DNA from: Antedon mediterranea | Lineage: Eukaryota; Animalia; Echinodermata | Direction: 5' to 3' | DNA length: 64,000 nt | NCBI RefSeq assembly: GCF_964355755.1 | Contig: NW_027306098.1 | Coordinates: forward strand, 2,501 to 66,500 | In this document: piece by piece, positions 8,749 through 19,600 of the stretch | Layout of the letters: every line of letters starts with the position of its first letter | Numbering within the stretch: the stretch's first letter is position 1 | Program-made: the position numbers and the translations under genes | Notes under the pieces: generated by a model | The model's input: only the letters and a program-made list of their open reading frames with translations | Told to the model about the DNA's origin: nothing | The model's database searches: none

Positions 8749-11700
8749 TCATGAACTATTGTTTAGCAAATTGATTATTGTAGGGATTGGTGAATTTTTA
8801 AATCTTTCGGTTCTCGGTTTGTATTGTTGATATTTGACCTTGCCGTTGCTTCGGAGAACACGAGGAATACTACGGATAGGGGGGAGCAAATAACTGAACT
8901 TGTCCGAATTCGACATCTTCTTGCCAAAAGTCAGTACAAGATTATCACGCCTGACTTTTAGCAAAGGTAAATTTAAAAATTCTAAAGCTAATTCATATGA
9001 AATGTAATTAAGGCCAAGAATAATTTTTAGGGCCCTTTTTTGAACCCTTTCGATAAGTTGGGTATGAAATTGTGTAATGGCACCATGCCATACAGGGCAG
9101 GCGTACTCCAATATAGGCCGAATGTAACTCAAATAAATACATTTCATATCGTCAACTGGGGCATTAGCCCTACGTAAAATACAGAGTGTAAATAACCTAC
9201 GGGAAGCCTTTGTAATTATTTCATTAACATGTAAATTCCACCTCAAGTCGTCTTGGATAAAAACTCCTAATAGCTTAATATGCTTCACAACCTGGAGTTC
9301 AGTGCCACTAAGAGAGAAGCTAGGAGGCGGTAACTCCCTTAACAAAAAATTAATTCTCATTATACTACATTTCTTGGGATTGGGGATCATATTGTTAACT
9401 TGGCACCAATTAGTCACATCGTCTAGGCTTGATTGCATAGATTGCTGTTTCCTATATTTAACGGATTCTCCAAGTGTAAGGTCATCTACATATTTCCATC
9501 CCCTGCAGCTTCCCGTGGAGATATCATTGATTAAAATGAGGAATAATATTGGTCCCAATTTGGTTCCTTGTGGGACACCACATGTTATTTCTTTATAAGG
9601 CGAGGTACAGTTATTGAATTTGGTGTTCATTTTACGATTTGTAAGGAAGCTGCAGATGATGGGAATAAGAGATGACCTCACACCCAAATGGATAAGCTTA
9701 CTAATGACAATGGTATGATCGACTCGATCAAACGCTTTAGCGAAATCAATCGTACATATATTAAAAAAAGTACCACTAGTTTCCAGATCACTAACAACCG
9801 TATTGATTAAGTCAATAAGGTAATGTACTGTTGAGGAGCCTTTTTGACATCCAAATTGTTTCTTATCTAGCAGTCCATTAATGTCCTCTGAAATCCATGA
9901 AACAATAAACGATTCAAAAACTCTGGAAAAAATTGGTGTCAGGGATATAGGACGCAGGTCCTGTAGTGATGATGCATTGCTAACTTTAGGGATAGGTATT
10001 GCAGTCGCTAATTTCCATATCTCGGGGAAAACTCCCTCAGAGAGACAGGCGTTAAATACATCAGCTAATACTGGAGATATTTCATCCCTAAATTCTTTAA
10101 TTAATTTAATAGGGGGGTCGTCAGGATGACCTGACTTACTGGCATTTAATTTACTTAATATTTTTAGAACTTGGCCTGAAAAGATTGTAGGTGGTGGGCT
10201 TTCAGCTGGTAAAAAGGCTGGTAAAGCTTTTAAATCTAATGACGGTAGTTGACAGCATATAGAGGCAAAATAATCATTCATTTTTATCGCTGATTCAGTA
10301 TAAGATTCACCTGGAAACTTTATGTTTGGTTTATTTTTAAAGTTGCACAAGTTACGTACGCTTTTGTGAAATTTTGCAGGGTTATTAAGTTTAAGACATC
10401 TAATATTATCCTTGTAAAATGATTCCTTAGCAGTTTTGATAGCTCTTTGTACACAGTTTCTTAGCTTTTTCCATTCGTTTTCCGGTACTCGTTTATATGC
10501 TTGTTGTCTTTCATCCAGCAGGCGTCTTATTTTAGTGGTTATCCACGGTCGGTCAGCAACACGTTTACGAAGACTCTTAATTGGGAAACTATGATTGAAA
10601 GCACTTCTCAGTGATAGCGTAAGCGCATCAGTTTTACCATTACAGGTATCAGCGTCAAATACTTCATCCCAACCATGGCTGGTTATCCACTGACCAAAGC
10701 TTCTAATTGAAGAGTCGGTGTAAGGTCTCAATTTTATGTGAACGTATTTTGATTGTATGATCTCATTGAGTGGCATGACGACGATAGAATCATGATCACT
10801 ACGCCCTAAAGGCGCATGGCGTTCTGGAAGGTGATAATGTTCGGGATGGCTCATAAAGATCTTATCAAGAAGAGACGTCCCACGTGTATGAAAATTAACG
10901 ATCTGGGTTAAGGCAAGACTAGACGTGAGTTGGTCAGTGTCTAAGTCGTTAAAATCACCCAATATGATAATAGGTGTAGACATGTCTTTGGTGCGAATAG
11001 AATCAACTGTCTGTATTAGATGGTTTAACAAATCCTCACTACCTTCTGCTGATGGTGGGTAATAAACAGCCCCAATGTAAATGTTTTGCGACGTTCTGCC
11101 AGTAGTAGGTGACACTATTTTCCTCCAACAACATTCGTAGTTACATAAAGGATGCTCGTCGATAGTATTCACACAAAACTTTTCTGCTACAAACAAAGCG
11201 ATTCCCCCGCCACTACGTTCGAAATTGTCAATAGTGGCATCGATTGGGGTGGACATGGCTACAGCTGCTCTACATTTTGGTGGAAGGGTCGAAATAAATT
11301 TATTCTTTATCTGCTGGTCAGCGTATCCAATTCTGTCTGCGGCTTGTTTGATTTTGGTTAAGTGCTTTTCGGCGTTGTCGCCAGTGGTGTATGTAATTGA
11401 ATCGTATTCTCTTATGTGCGCATAGATTGATTTGTTTTTACTAAACCTGTTGATGAATTGGGTTTTTAAGGATTCTAGTGAATCGAACTGCTTTCCCTCA
11501 ATCCAGAGTCTAGCTTGGCCCTGAAGGCTACGTTTGAAAATACTTATTACATTAAATAATTGCGCATTGTTTACAGGGTTTTCTAAAGTGTGGGCCTCAA
11601 GGTAGTCGGTAAACGATAAGTAGTGTGCACTACATTGGTCGTGATCGGTTATGGAACCGTCATATCTTTTGGGAAGGAAATCGGTTTGTCTTAGGTGGGG

Positions 11701-11760
11701 CACGGGGTGAGGATTGACGGGCTCATTTAAAATTACTTCGTTATCAACAATGTCGACCAT
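8749..11760 (-). CDS. Chimeric ORF, 1003 aa: 179 aa gypsy Gag capsid region fused in frame to 824 aa of LINE ORF2 (N-truncated APE and complete RT)
   Basis: Continuous ORF from the gag ATG. Junction ATIDN|FERSGGGIALFV at 11224/11223. Expression is unknown. Confidence 0.75.
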   Translation of the reverse strand: MVDIVDNEVILNEPVNPHPVPHLRQTDFLPKRYDGSITDHDQCSAHYLSFTDYLEAHTLENPVNNAQLFNVISIFKRSLQGQARLWIEGKQFDSLESLKTQFINRFSKNKSIYAHIREYDSITYTTGDNAEKHLTKIKQAADRIGYADQQIKNKFISTLPPKCRAAVAMSTPIDATIDNFERSGGGIALFVAEKFCVNTIDEHPLCNYECCWRKIVSPTTGRTSQNIYIGAVYYPPSAEGSEDLLNHLIQTVDSIRTKDMSTPIIILGDFNDLDTDQLTSSLALTQIVNFHTRGTSLLDKIFMSHPEHYHLPERHAPLGRSDHDSIVVMPLNEIIQSKYVHIKLRPYTDSSIRSFGQWITSHGWDEVFDADTCNGKTDALTLSLRSAFNHSFPIKSLRKRVADRPWITTKIRRLLDERQQAYKRVPENEWKKLRNCVQRAIKTAKESFYKDNIRCLKLNNPAKFHKSVRNLCNFKNKPNIKFPGESYTESAIKMNDYFASICCQLPSLDLKALPAFLPAESPPPTIFSGQVLKILSKLNASKSGHPDDPPIKLIKEFRDEISPVLADVFNACLSEGVFPEIWKLATAIPIPKVSNASSLQDLRPISLTPIFSRVFESFIVSWISEDINGLLDKKQFGCQKGSSTVHYLIDLINTVVSDLETSGTFFNICTIDFAKAFDRVDHTIVISKLIHLGVRSSLIPIICSFLTNRKMNTKFNNCTSPYKEITCGVPQGTKLGPILFLILINDISTGSCRGWKYVDDLTLGESVKYRKQQSMQSSLDDVTNWCQVNNMIPNPKKCSIMRINFLLRELPPPSFSLSGTELQVVKHIKLLGVFIQDDLRWNLHVNEIITKASRRLFTLCILRRANAPVDDMKCIYLSYIRPILEYACPVWHGAITQFHTQLIERVQKRALKIILGLNYISYELALEFLNLPLLKVRRDNLVLTFGKKMSNSDKFSYLLPPIRSIPRVLRSNGKVKYQQYKPRTERFKNSPIPTIINLLNNSS
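11224..11760 (-). pseudogene. gag: Gag N-terminal (capsid-like) part
   Basis: First long ORF after the 5' LTR. PKRYDG and SLQGQARLWIE...LESLKTQFINRF resemble the retrotransposon Gag pattern. Confidence 0.88.
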
Positions 11761-11919
11761 ACTTTATAATATTAATTATTCAAAATATCAAAAACAATTT
11801 AGTGTATATATATGTAAACTCTCACTTTTCAATCAAGGTTACAAATCAAAAATCAAAATGGTTTTGACTTACCCCAAATGCTTCGGATCCAATTAAAAAT
11901 GAATTAAAGGAATGCAAAA

Positions 11920-12060
11920 AAGTGTTCAAAAATGTTCAAATGTTCAAACAACGAATTAAAAAAATGTTAAAAGTGTTCATCAATGTTCAAATTTTCAAAC
12001 AACGAATTCAAAAAAATGCGAAAGGTGTTCATCAATGTTTAAAATGGTCAAAAAAAATAA
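11920..12060. repeat. Degenerate short repeats (tgttcaaa and a ~50-55-bp unit) in the gypsy 5' leader
   Basis: Repeated aatgttcaaa, caaacaacgaatt (twice) and gtgttcatcaatgtt (twice). Confidence 0.65.
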
Positions 12061-12156
12061 ATGTTAAAAAAAACGATCGAAAAAAAACGGCGTGAAGTTG
12101 AAAGTGTTCAAACGAAATAGTTCTTGTCCGCTTGCTTCTGTTTTGATTCTGCTTGG

Positions 12157-12361
12157 GTCTTCCTAGATTATCTTCTTTGTCTTTATCCAATGGTTATAAT
12201 TTGATAAAATTTCTGCTTGTCTCGATCTCATTCAAATATAATTTCAGCTTGTCTTTTGTGTCTTCCTCGATTATCTTCTTTGTCTTCATCCAATGGTAAT
12301 AATTTGATCAAATTTCTGCTTGTCTCGATCTCATTCAAATATAATTTCAGCTTGTCTTTTG
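12157..12361. repeat. Tandem duplication of a 103-bp unit in the gypsy 5' leader
   Basis: 12157-12258 and 12260-12361 match with about four substitutions. Confidence 0.88.
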
Positions 12362-12479
12362 AATCAAAGTAAATTTCTGGTTTTCTCCTTTCAAACAAAT
12401 ATGGTTATTTTTGTCTTCGTCTTCGTCTTCGTGTCTTGTTAAGTGTTTATTTCTTGTTTTCTCACTCCGTTCCTTATGA

Positions 12480-12497
12480 AATTTGGGTCTTCCACCA
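12480..12497 (-). other. Primer-binding-site position, TGGTGGAAGACCCAAATT
   Basis: Begins with TGG directly after the CA of the 5' LTR. Only TGGTGGA matches the tRNA-Ala 3' end as I recall it, so the primer is unresolved. Confidence 0.65.
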
Positions 12498-13083
12498 TGT
12501 AATATAATGTTGCGTTGTTGAGGTACTAATGAAGACTCTTACCCGCTGGACTGTCGTAACACATATATTGTTTATTCAGTATAATACTTCAGTACAATAT
12601 ACAACTATAAGTATAGATAAAAAACAGAGAATACAGTGATGCTGTCGGTGAGGTGTGAAGTGTGTAGGTCTGCTTCTGAAGAAGTGGCTGTGAGGTGTGT
12701 CTGGGCCCTTCTGAAACTTGGGAGTATATTGGCCCTCGGTTCATTTACATATGTCACTACGTAATCTTAGAGGTTACTGATTGGTCCTAAGTTGGTCCAG
12801 GGGTGTTTAAGTGGGAGTGATTAACGGTATAATAAGGTATTTCTGTGATGGATAACACTGTCAAATCTGTACTTAAATAGTGTCGATCACTCCTGGTTTA
12901 ACGATGGGAAAAGTCACAAAATTAAGCTAAGTGTTTTCTTTAGGGATTCTATTATAAACTAAATGGTCATTAAAACATCTGGACAAACTCTCCTCTGGAC
13001 TTTCTGGGTCAAGTTTGTGAACCTATTTGAATTCCGATACAAAGGTCGATTTCTTAAATATAAAAGTATATCGTTATATTACA
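12498..13083 (-). repeat. 5' LTR (586 bp)
   Basis: Direct repeat of 2122-2707 with 5 substitutions seen. Followed in element sense by the PBS. Confidence 0.97.
12777..12786 (-). promoter_or_regulatory. CCAAT box candidate in the LTR (GACCAATCAG)
   Basis: Matches the NF-Y consensus in element sense. Motif only. Confidence 0.35.
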
Positions 13084-13087
13084 TTGA
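13084..13087. other. Right copy of target-site duplication TTGA
   Basis: Follows the terminal CA, after which the satellite resumes in register. Confidence 0.93.
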
Positions 13088-13633
13088 TTACACAAAAATA
13101 TCAAAGTGCTTAAAATCACATTTGAAACCGTTTTAGACCATTTTGTGCATTTCGATGAAACTTTTCACACAAAAACCTCAAAGTGCACAAAATAGCTTCA
13201 AATCGCATTTGGAGACGTTTTAGACCATTTTGAGCATTTCGATGAAACTTTTCACACAAAAACGACAAAGTGCACAAAATAGCTTCAAATCGCATTTAGA
13301 GACGTTCTAGACCATTTTGTGCATTTCGATGAAACTTTTCACACAAAAACATCAAAGTGCACAAAATAGCTTCAAATCGCATTTAGAGACGTTTTAGACC
13401 ATTTTGTGCATTTCGATGAAACTTTTCACAAAAAAACATCAAAGTGCACAAAATAGCTTCAAATCGCATTTGGAGACGTTTTAGACCATTTTGAGCATTT
13501 CGATGAAACTTTTCACACAAAAACGACAAAGTGCACAAAATAGCTTCAAATCGCATTTAGAGACGTTTTAGACCATTTTGTGCATTTCGATGAAACTTTT
13601 CACACAAAAACATCAAAGTGCACAAAATAGCTT
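13088..13633 (-). repeat. Satellite, reverse orientation (about 6 monomers), continuation of 1-2121
   Basis: Same monomer and orientation as 1-2121, resuming at the interrupted base. Confidence 0.96.
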
Positions 13634-16600
13634 TAAGCTATTGTATGCACTTTGATGTTTTTGTGTGAAAAGTTTTTTCGAAATGCACAAAATGGTCTAA
13701 AACGTCTCCAAATGTGATTTGGAGCTCTTTTGTGCACTTTGATGTTTTGTGTAAAAAGTTTTATAGAAATGCTCAAAATGGTCTAAAACGTTTTCAAATG
13801 TGATTTTAAGCACTTTAATGTTTTGTGTGAAAAGTTTTATCGAAATGCTCAAAATGGTCTAAAACGGTTTCAAATGTGATTTTAAGCACTTTGATATTTT
13901 TGTGTATTCAAGTTTTTTTCGAAATGCACAACATGGTCTAAAACGTCTCCAAATGCGATTTGAAACTATTTTGTGCACTTTGATGTTTTGTGTAATGAAA
14001 CGCACAAAATGGTCTAAAACGTCTCCAAATGCGATTTGAAGCTATTTTGTGCACTTTGTTGTTTTGTGTGAAAAGTTTCATCGAAATGCACAAAATTGTC
14101 TAAAACGTCTCCAAATACGATTTGAAGCTATTTTGTGCACTTTGATGTTTTTGTGTGAAAAGTTTCATCGAAATGCACAAAATGGTCTAAAACGTCTCTC
14201 AATGCGATTTGAAGCTATTTTGTGCACATTGATGTTTTTGTGTGAAAAGTTTCATCGAAATGCACAAAATGTTCTAAAACGTCTCCAAATACGATATTAA
14301 GCTATTGTATGTATTTTGATGTTTTTGTGTGAAAAGTTTTATCGAAATACTCAAAATGGTCTAAAACGGTTTCAAATGTGATTTTAAGCACTTTGAGGTT
14401 TTTGTGTAATCAAATTTCATCGAAATGCACAAAATGGTCTAAAACGTCTCCAAATGCGATTTGAAGCTATTTTGTGCACTTTGATGTTTTGTGTGAAAAG
14501 TTTCATCGAAATGCACAAATTGGTCTAAAACGTCTCCAAATACGATATTAAGTTATTGTATGTACTTTGTTGTTTTTGTGTGAAAAGTTTCATCGAAATG
14601 CACAAATTGGTCTAAAACGACTCCAAATGCGATTTGAAGCTATTTTATGCACTTTGATGTTTTGTGTGAAAAGTTTCATCGAAAATCACAAAATGGTCAA
14701 AAACGTCTCCAAATACGATTATAAGCTGTTGTATGCACATTGATGTTTTTGGTTGAAAAGTTTCATCGAAATGCACAAAATGGTCTAAAACGTCTCCAAA
14801 TACGATATTAAGCTATTGTATGCACTTTGTTGTTTTTGTGTGAAAAGTTTCATCGAAATGCACAAAATGGTCTAAAACGTCTCCAAATGCGATTTGAAGC
14901 TATTTTGTGCAATTTGATGGTTTTGTGTGAAAAGTTTCATCGAAATGGACAAAATGGTCAAAAACGTCTCCAAATACGATAATAAACTATTGTATGCACT
15001 TTGATGTTTTTGTGTGAAAAGTTTTAACGAAATGCACAAAATGGTCTAAAACGTCTCCAAATCCATTTTTAAGCTATTCTAAGCACTTTGGTGTTTTTAT
15101 GTTACCAAGTTTTTTCGAAATGCACAAAATGGTCTAAAACGTCTCTCAATGCGATTTGAAGCTATTTTGTGCACATTGATGTTTTTGTGTGAAAAGTTTC
15201 ATCGAAATGCACAAAATGTTCTAAAACGTCTCCAAATACGATATTAAGCTATTGTATGTATTTTGATGTTTTTGTGTGAAAAGTTTTATCGAAATACTCA
15301 AAATGGTCTAAAACGGTTTCAAATGTGATTTTAAGCACTTTGATGTTTTTGTGTAATCAAATTTCATCGAAATGCACAAAATGGTCTAAAACGTCTGCAA
15401 ATGCGATTTGAAGCTATTTTGTGCACTTTGATGTTTTGTGTAATAAAGTTTCATCGAAATGCTCAAAATGGTCTAAAACGTCTCAAAATGCGATTTGAAG
15501 CTATTTTGTACACTTTGATGTTTTGTGTGAAAAGTTTCATCGAAATGCACAAATTGGTCTAAAACGTCTCCAAATACGATATTAAGTTATTGTATGTACT
15601 TTGTTGTTTTTGTGTGAAAAGTTTCATCGAAATGCACCAATTGGTCTAAAACGTCTCCAAATGCGATTTGAAGCTATTTTGTGCACTTTGATGTTTTGTG
15701 TGAAAAGTTTCATCGAAAATCACAAAATGGTCTAAAACGTCTCCAAATACGATTATAAGCTGTTGTATGCACATTGATGTTTTTGGTTGAAAAGTTTCAT
15801 CGAAATGCACAAAATGGTCTAAAACGTCTCCAAAAACGATATTGAGCTATTGTATGCACTTTGTTGTTTTTGTGTGAAAAGTTTCATCGAAATGCACAAA
15901 ATGGTCTAAAACGTCTCCAAATGAGATTTGAAGCTATTTTGTGGAATTTGATGGTTTTGTGTGAAAAGTTTCATCGAAATGCACAAAATGGTCAAAAACG
16001 TCTCCAAATGCGATTTGAAACTATTTTGTGCAATTTGATGGTTTTGTGTGAAAAGTTTCATCGAAATGCACAAAATGGTCAAAAACGTCTCCAAATACGA
16101 TAATAAGCTATTGTATGCACTTTGATGTTTTCGTGTGAAAAGTTTTAACGAAATGCACAAAATGGTCTAAAACGTCTCCAAATCCATTTTTAAGCTATTC
16201 TAAGCACTTTGGTGTTTTTATGTTACCAAGTTTTTTCGAAATGCACAAAATGGTCTAAAACGTCTACAAATGCGATTTGAAGCTATTTTGTGCACTTTGA
16301 TGTTTTGTGTAATGAAACGCACAAAATGGTCAAAAACGTCTCCAAATGCGATTTGAAGCTATTTTGTGAACTTTGATGTTTTGTGTGAAAAGTTTCATCG
16401 AAATGCACAAAATTGTCTAAAACGTCTCCAAATACGTTATTAAGCTATTGTATGCACTTTGTTGTTTTTGAGTGAAAAGTTTCATCGAAATGCTCAAAAT
16501 GGTCTAAAACGTCTCCAAATGCGATTTGAAGCTATTTTGTGCACTTTGATGTTTTTGTGTGAAAAGTTTCATCGAAATGCACAAAATGGTCTAAAACCAT

Positions 16601-19600
16601 TACGATATTAAGCTATTGTATGTACTTTGTTGTTTTTGTGTGAAAAGTTTCATCGAAATGCACAAATTGGTCTAAAACGTCTCCAAATGCGATTTGAAGC
16701 TATTTTGTGCACTTTGATGTTTTGTGTGAAATGTTTCATCGAAATGCACAAAATGTTCTAAAACGTCTCCGAATACGATATTAAGCTATTGTATGTAGGC
16801 TACTTTGTTGTTTTTGTGTGAAAAGTTTCATCGAAATGCTCAAAATGTTTCATCGAAACGCACAACATGGTCTAAAACGTCTGCAAATGCGATTTGAAGC
16901 TATTTTGTGCACTTTGATGTTTTGTGTAATCAAGTTTCATCGAAATGCACAAAATGGTCTAAAACGTCTCCAAATGCGATTTGGAGCTATTTTGTGCACT
17001 TTGATGTTTTGTGTGAAAAATCAAAATGCACAAAATGGTCTAAAACGTCTCCAAATACGATATTAACCTATTGTATGCACTTTGTTGTTATTGTGTGAAA
17101 AGTTTCATCGAAATGCACAAAATGGTCTAAAACGTCTCCAAATGCGATTTGAAGATATTTTGTGCACTTTGATGTTTTTGTGTGAAAAGTTTCATCGAAA
17201 TGCACAAAATGGTCTAAAACGTCTCCAAATACGATATTAAGCTATTGTATGCACTTTGTTGTTTTTGTCTGAAAAGTTTTCCCGAAATGCACAAAATGGT
17301 CTAAAACGTCTCTAAATGTGATTTGAAGTTAATTTTTGCACTTTGATGTTTTTGTGTGAAAAGTTTCATCGAAATGCACAAAATGGTCTAAAACGTCTCC
17401 AAATATGATATTAGGCTATTGTATGCACTTTGTTGTTTTTGTCTGAAAAGTTTTCACGAATTTCAGAAAATGGTCTAAAACGTCTCTAAATGCGATTTGA
17501 ATTTATTTTGTGCACTTTGATGTTTTGTGCGAAAAGTTTTATCGAAATGCTCAAAGTGGTCTAAAACGGTTTCAAATGTGATTTTAAGCACTTTGATGTT
17601 TTTGCGTAATAAAGTTTCATCGAAATGCACAAAATGGTCTAAAACGTCTGCAAATGCGATATGAAGTTATTTTGTGCACTTTGATGTTTTGTGTAATCCA
17701 GTTTCATCGAAATGTACAAAATTGTCTAGAACCTCTCAAAATGCGATATTAAGCTATTGTATGCACTTTGTTGTTTTTGTGTAATAAAGTTTCATCGAAA
17801 TGCACAAAATGGTCTAAAACGTCTCCAAATGCAATTTGAAGCTATTTAGTGCACTTTGATGTTTTGTGTGAAAAGTTTCACCAAAATGCACAAAATGGTC
17901 TAAAACGTCTCCAAATACGATATTAAGCTATTGTATGCACTTTGATGTTTATGTGTGAAAAGTTTTTTCGAATGCAAAAAATTTTCTAAAACGTCTCCAA
18001 ATCCGACTTTGAGCTCTTTTGTGCACTTTGATGTTTTGTGTAATGAAAGGCACAAAATGGTCTAAAACGTCTCCAAATGCGATTTGAAGCTATTTTGTGC
18101 ACTTTGTTGTTTTCGTGTGAAAAGTTTCATCGAAATGCTCAAAATGGTCTAAAACGTCTCCAAATGCGATTTGAAGATATTTTGTGCACTTTGATGTTTT
18201 TGTGTGAAAAGTTTCATAGAAATGCACAAAATGGTCTAAAACGTCTCCAAATACGATATTAACCTATTGTATGCACTTTGTTGTTTTCGTGTGAAAAGTT
18301 TCATCGAAATGCTCAAAATGGTCTAAAACGTCTCCAAATGCGATTTGAAGATATTTTGTGCACTTTGATGTTTTTGTGTGAAAAGTTTCATAGAAATGCA
18401 CAAAATGGTCTAAAACGTCTCCAAATGCGATTTGAAGATATTTTGTGCACTTTGATGTTTTTGTGTGAAAAGTTTCATCGAAATGCACAAAATGGTCTAA
18501 AACGTCTCCAAATACGATATTAAGCTATTGTATGCACTTTGTTGTTTTTGTCTGAAAAGTTTTCATCGAAATGCACAAAATGTTCTAAAACGTCTCCAAA
18601 TACGATATTAAGCTATTGTATGTATTTTGATGTTTTTGTGTGAAAAGTTTTATCGAAATGCTCAAAATGGTCTAAAACGGTTTCAAATGTGATTTTAAGC
18701 ACTTTGATGTTTTTGTGTAATCAAGTTTCATCGAAACGCACAACATGGTCTAAAACGTCTGCAAATGCGATTTGAAGCTATTTTGTGCACTTTGATGTTT
18801 TGTGTAATCAAGTTTCATCGAAATGCACAAAATGGTCTAAAACGTCTCCAAATGCGATTTGGAGCTATTTTGTGCACTTTGATGTTTTGTGTGAAAAATC
18901 AAAATGCACAAAATGGTCTAAAACGTCTCCAAATACGATATTAACCTATTGTATGCACTTTGTTGTTATTGTGTGAAAAGTCTCATCGAAATGCTCAAAA
19001 TGGTCTAAAACGTCTCCAAATGCGATTTGAAGATATTTTGTGCACTTTGATGTTTTTGTGTGAAAAGTTTCATCGAAATGCACAAAATGGTCTAAAACGT
19101 CTCCAAATACGATATTAAGCTATTTTATGCACTTTGTTGTTTTTGTGTGAAAAGTTTTCACGAAATGCACAAAATGGTCTAAAACGTCTCTAAATGCGAT
19201 TTGAAGTTAATTTTTGCACTTTGATGTTTTTGTGTAAAAAGTTTCATCGAAATGCACAAAATGGTCTAAAACGTCTCCAAATATGATATTAGGCTATTGT
19301 ATGCACTTTGTTGTTTTTGTCTGAAAAGTTTTCACGAAATTCACAAAATGATCTAAAACGTCTCTAAATGCGATTTTAATTTATTTTGTGCACTTTGATA
19401 TTTTGTGTGAAAAGTTTTATCGAAATGCTCAAAGTGGTCTAAAACGGTTTCAAATGTGATTTTAAGCACTTTGATGTTTTTGTGTAATAAAGTTTCATCG
19501 AAATGCACAAAATGGTCTAAAACGTCTGCAAATGCGATATGAAGTTATTTTGTGCACTTTGATGTTTTGTGTAATCCAGTTTCATCGAAATGTACAAAAT

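Larger units (their letters stand above)
8590..11223 (-). mobile_element. 5'-truncated non-LTR retrotransposon (CR1-group LINE, 2634 bp) nested in gag
   Basis: APE motifs GGGIALFV, YYPP, GDFN, LDKIF, SDH. RT motifs LRPISLT, DFAKAFD, GVPQGTKLGP, KYVDD, LEYACPVW. Short 3' UTR, (AATA)5 plus A tail, and a 3-bp AAT duplication at both junctions. Exact clade needs a tree. Confidence 0.93.
2122..13083 (-). mobile_element. Full-length Ty3/gypsy LTR retrotransposon (10,962 bp including a nested LINE), defective copy
   Basis: Two 586-bp TG...CA direct repeats, 4-bp TSD, PPT and PBS positions, CCHC Gag, and pol domain order PR-RT-RNaseH-IN with a GPY/F-type module, which is the Ty3/gypsy order. Confidence 0.97.

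Noticed and set aside
8749-11760. A native LINE with its own gag-like ORF1 fused to ORF2
   Set aside because: The N-terminal 179 aa rejoin seamlessly with 8164-8586 to make the gypsy Gag, and the APE domain is truncated at the junction, which shows a nested insertion.
3614-11896. Plus-strand ORFs overlapping pol, gag and the LINE (for example 7514-7960, 9302-9598)
   Set aside because: Short antisense shadows of minus-strand coding sequence with no recognisable motifs.
12439-12498. 19-codon upstream ORF starting at the LTR/PBS boundary (CA|TGG gives ATG)
   Set aside because: The ATG is an automatic product of CA followed by TGG, and the ORF is too short to support.
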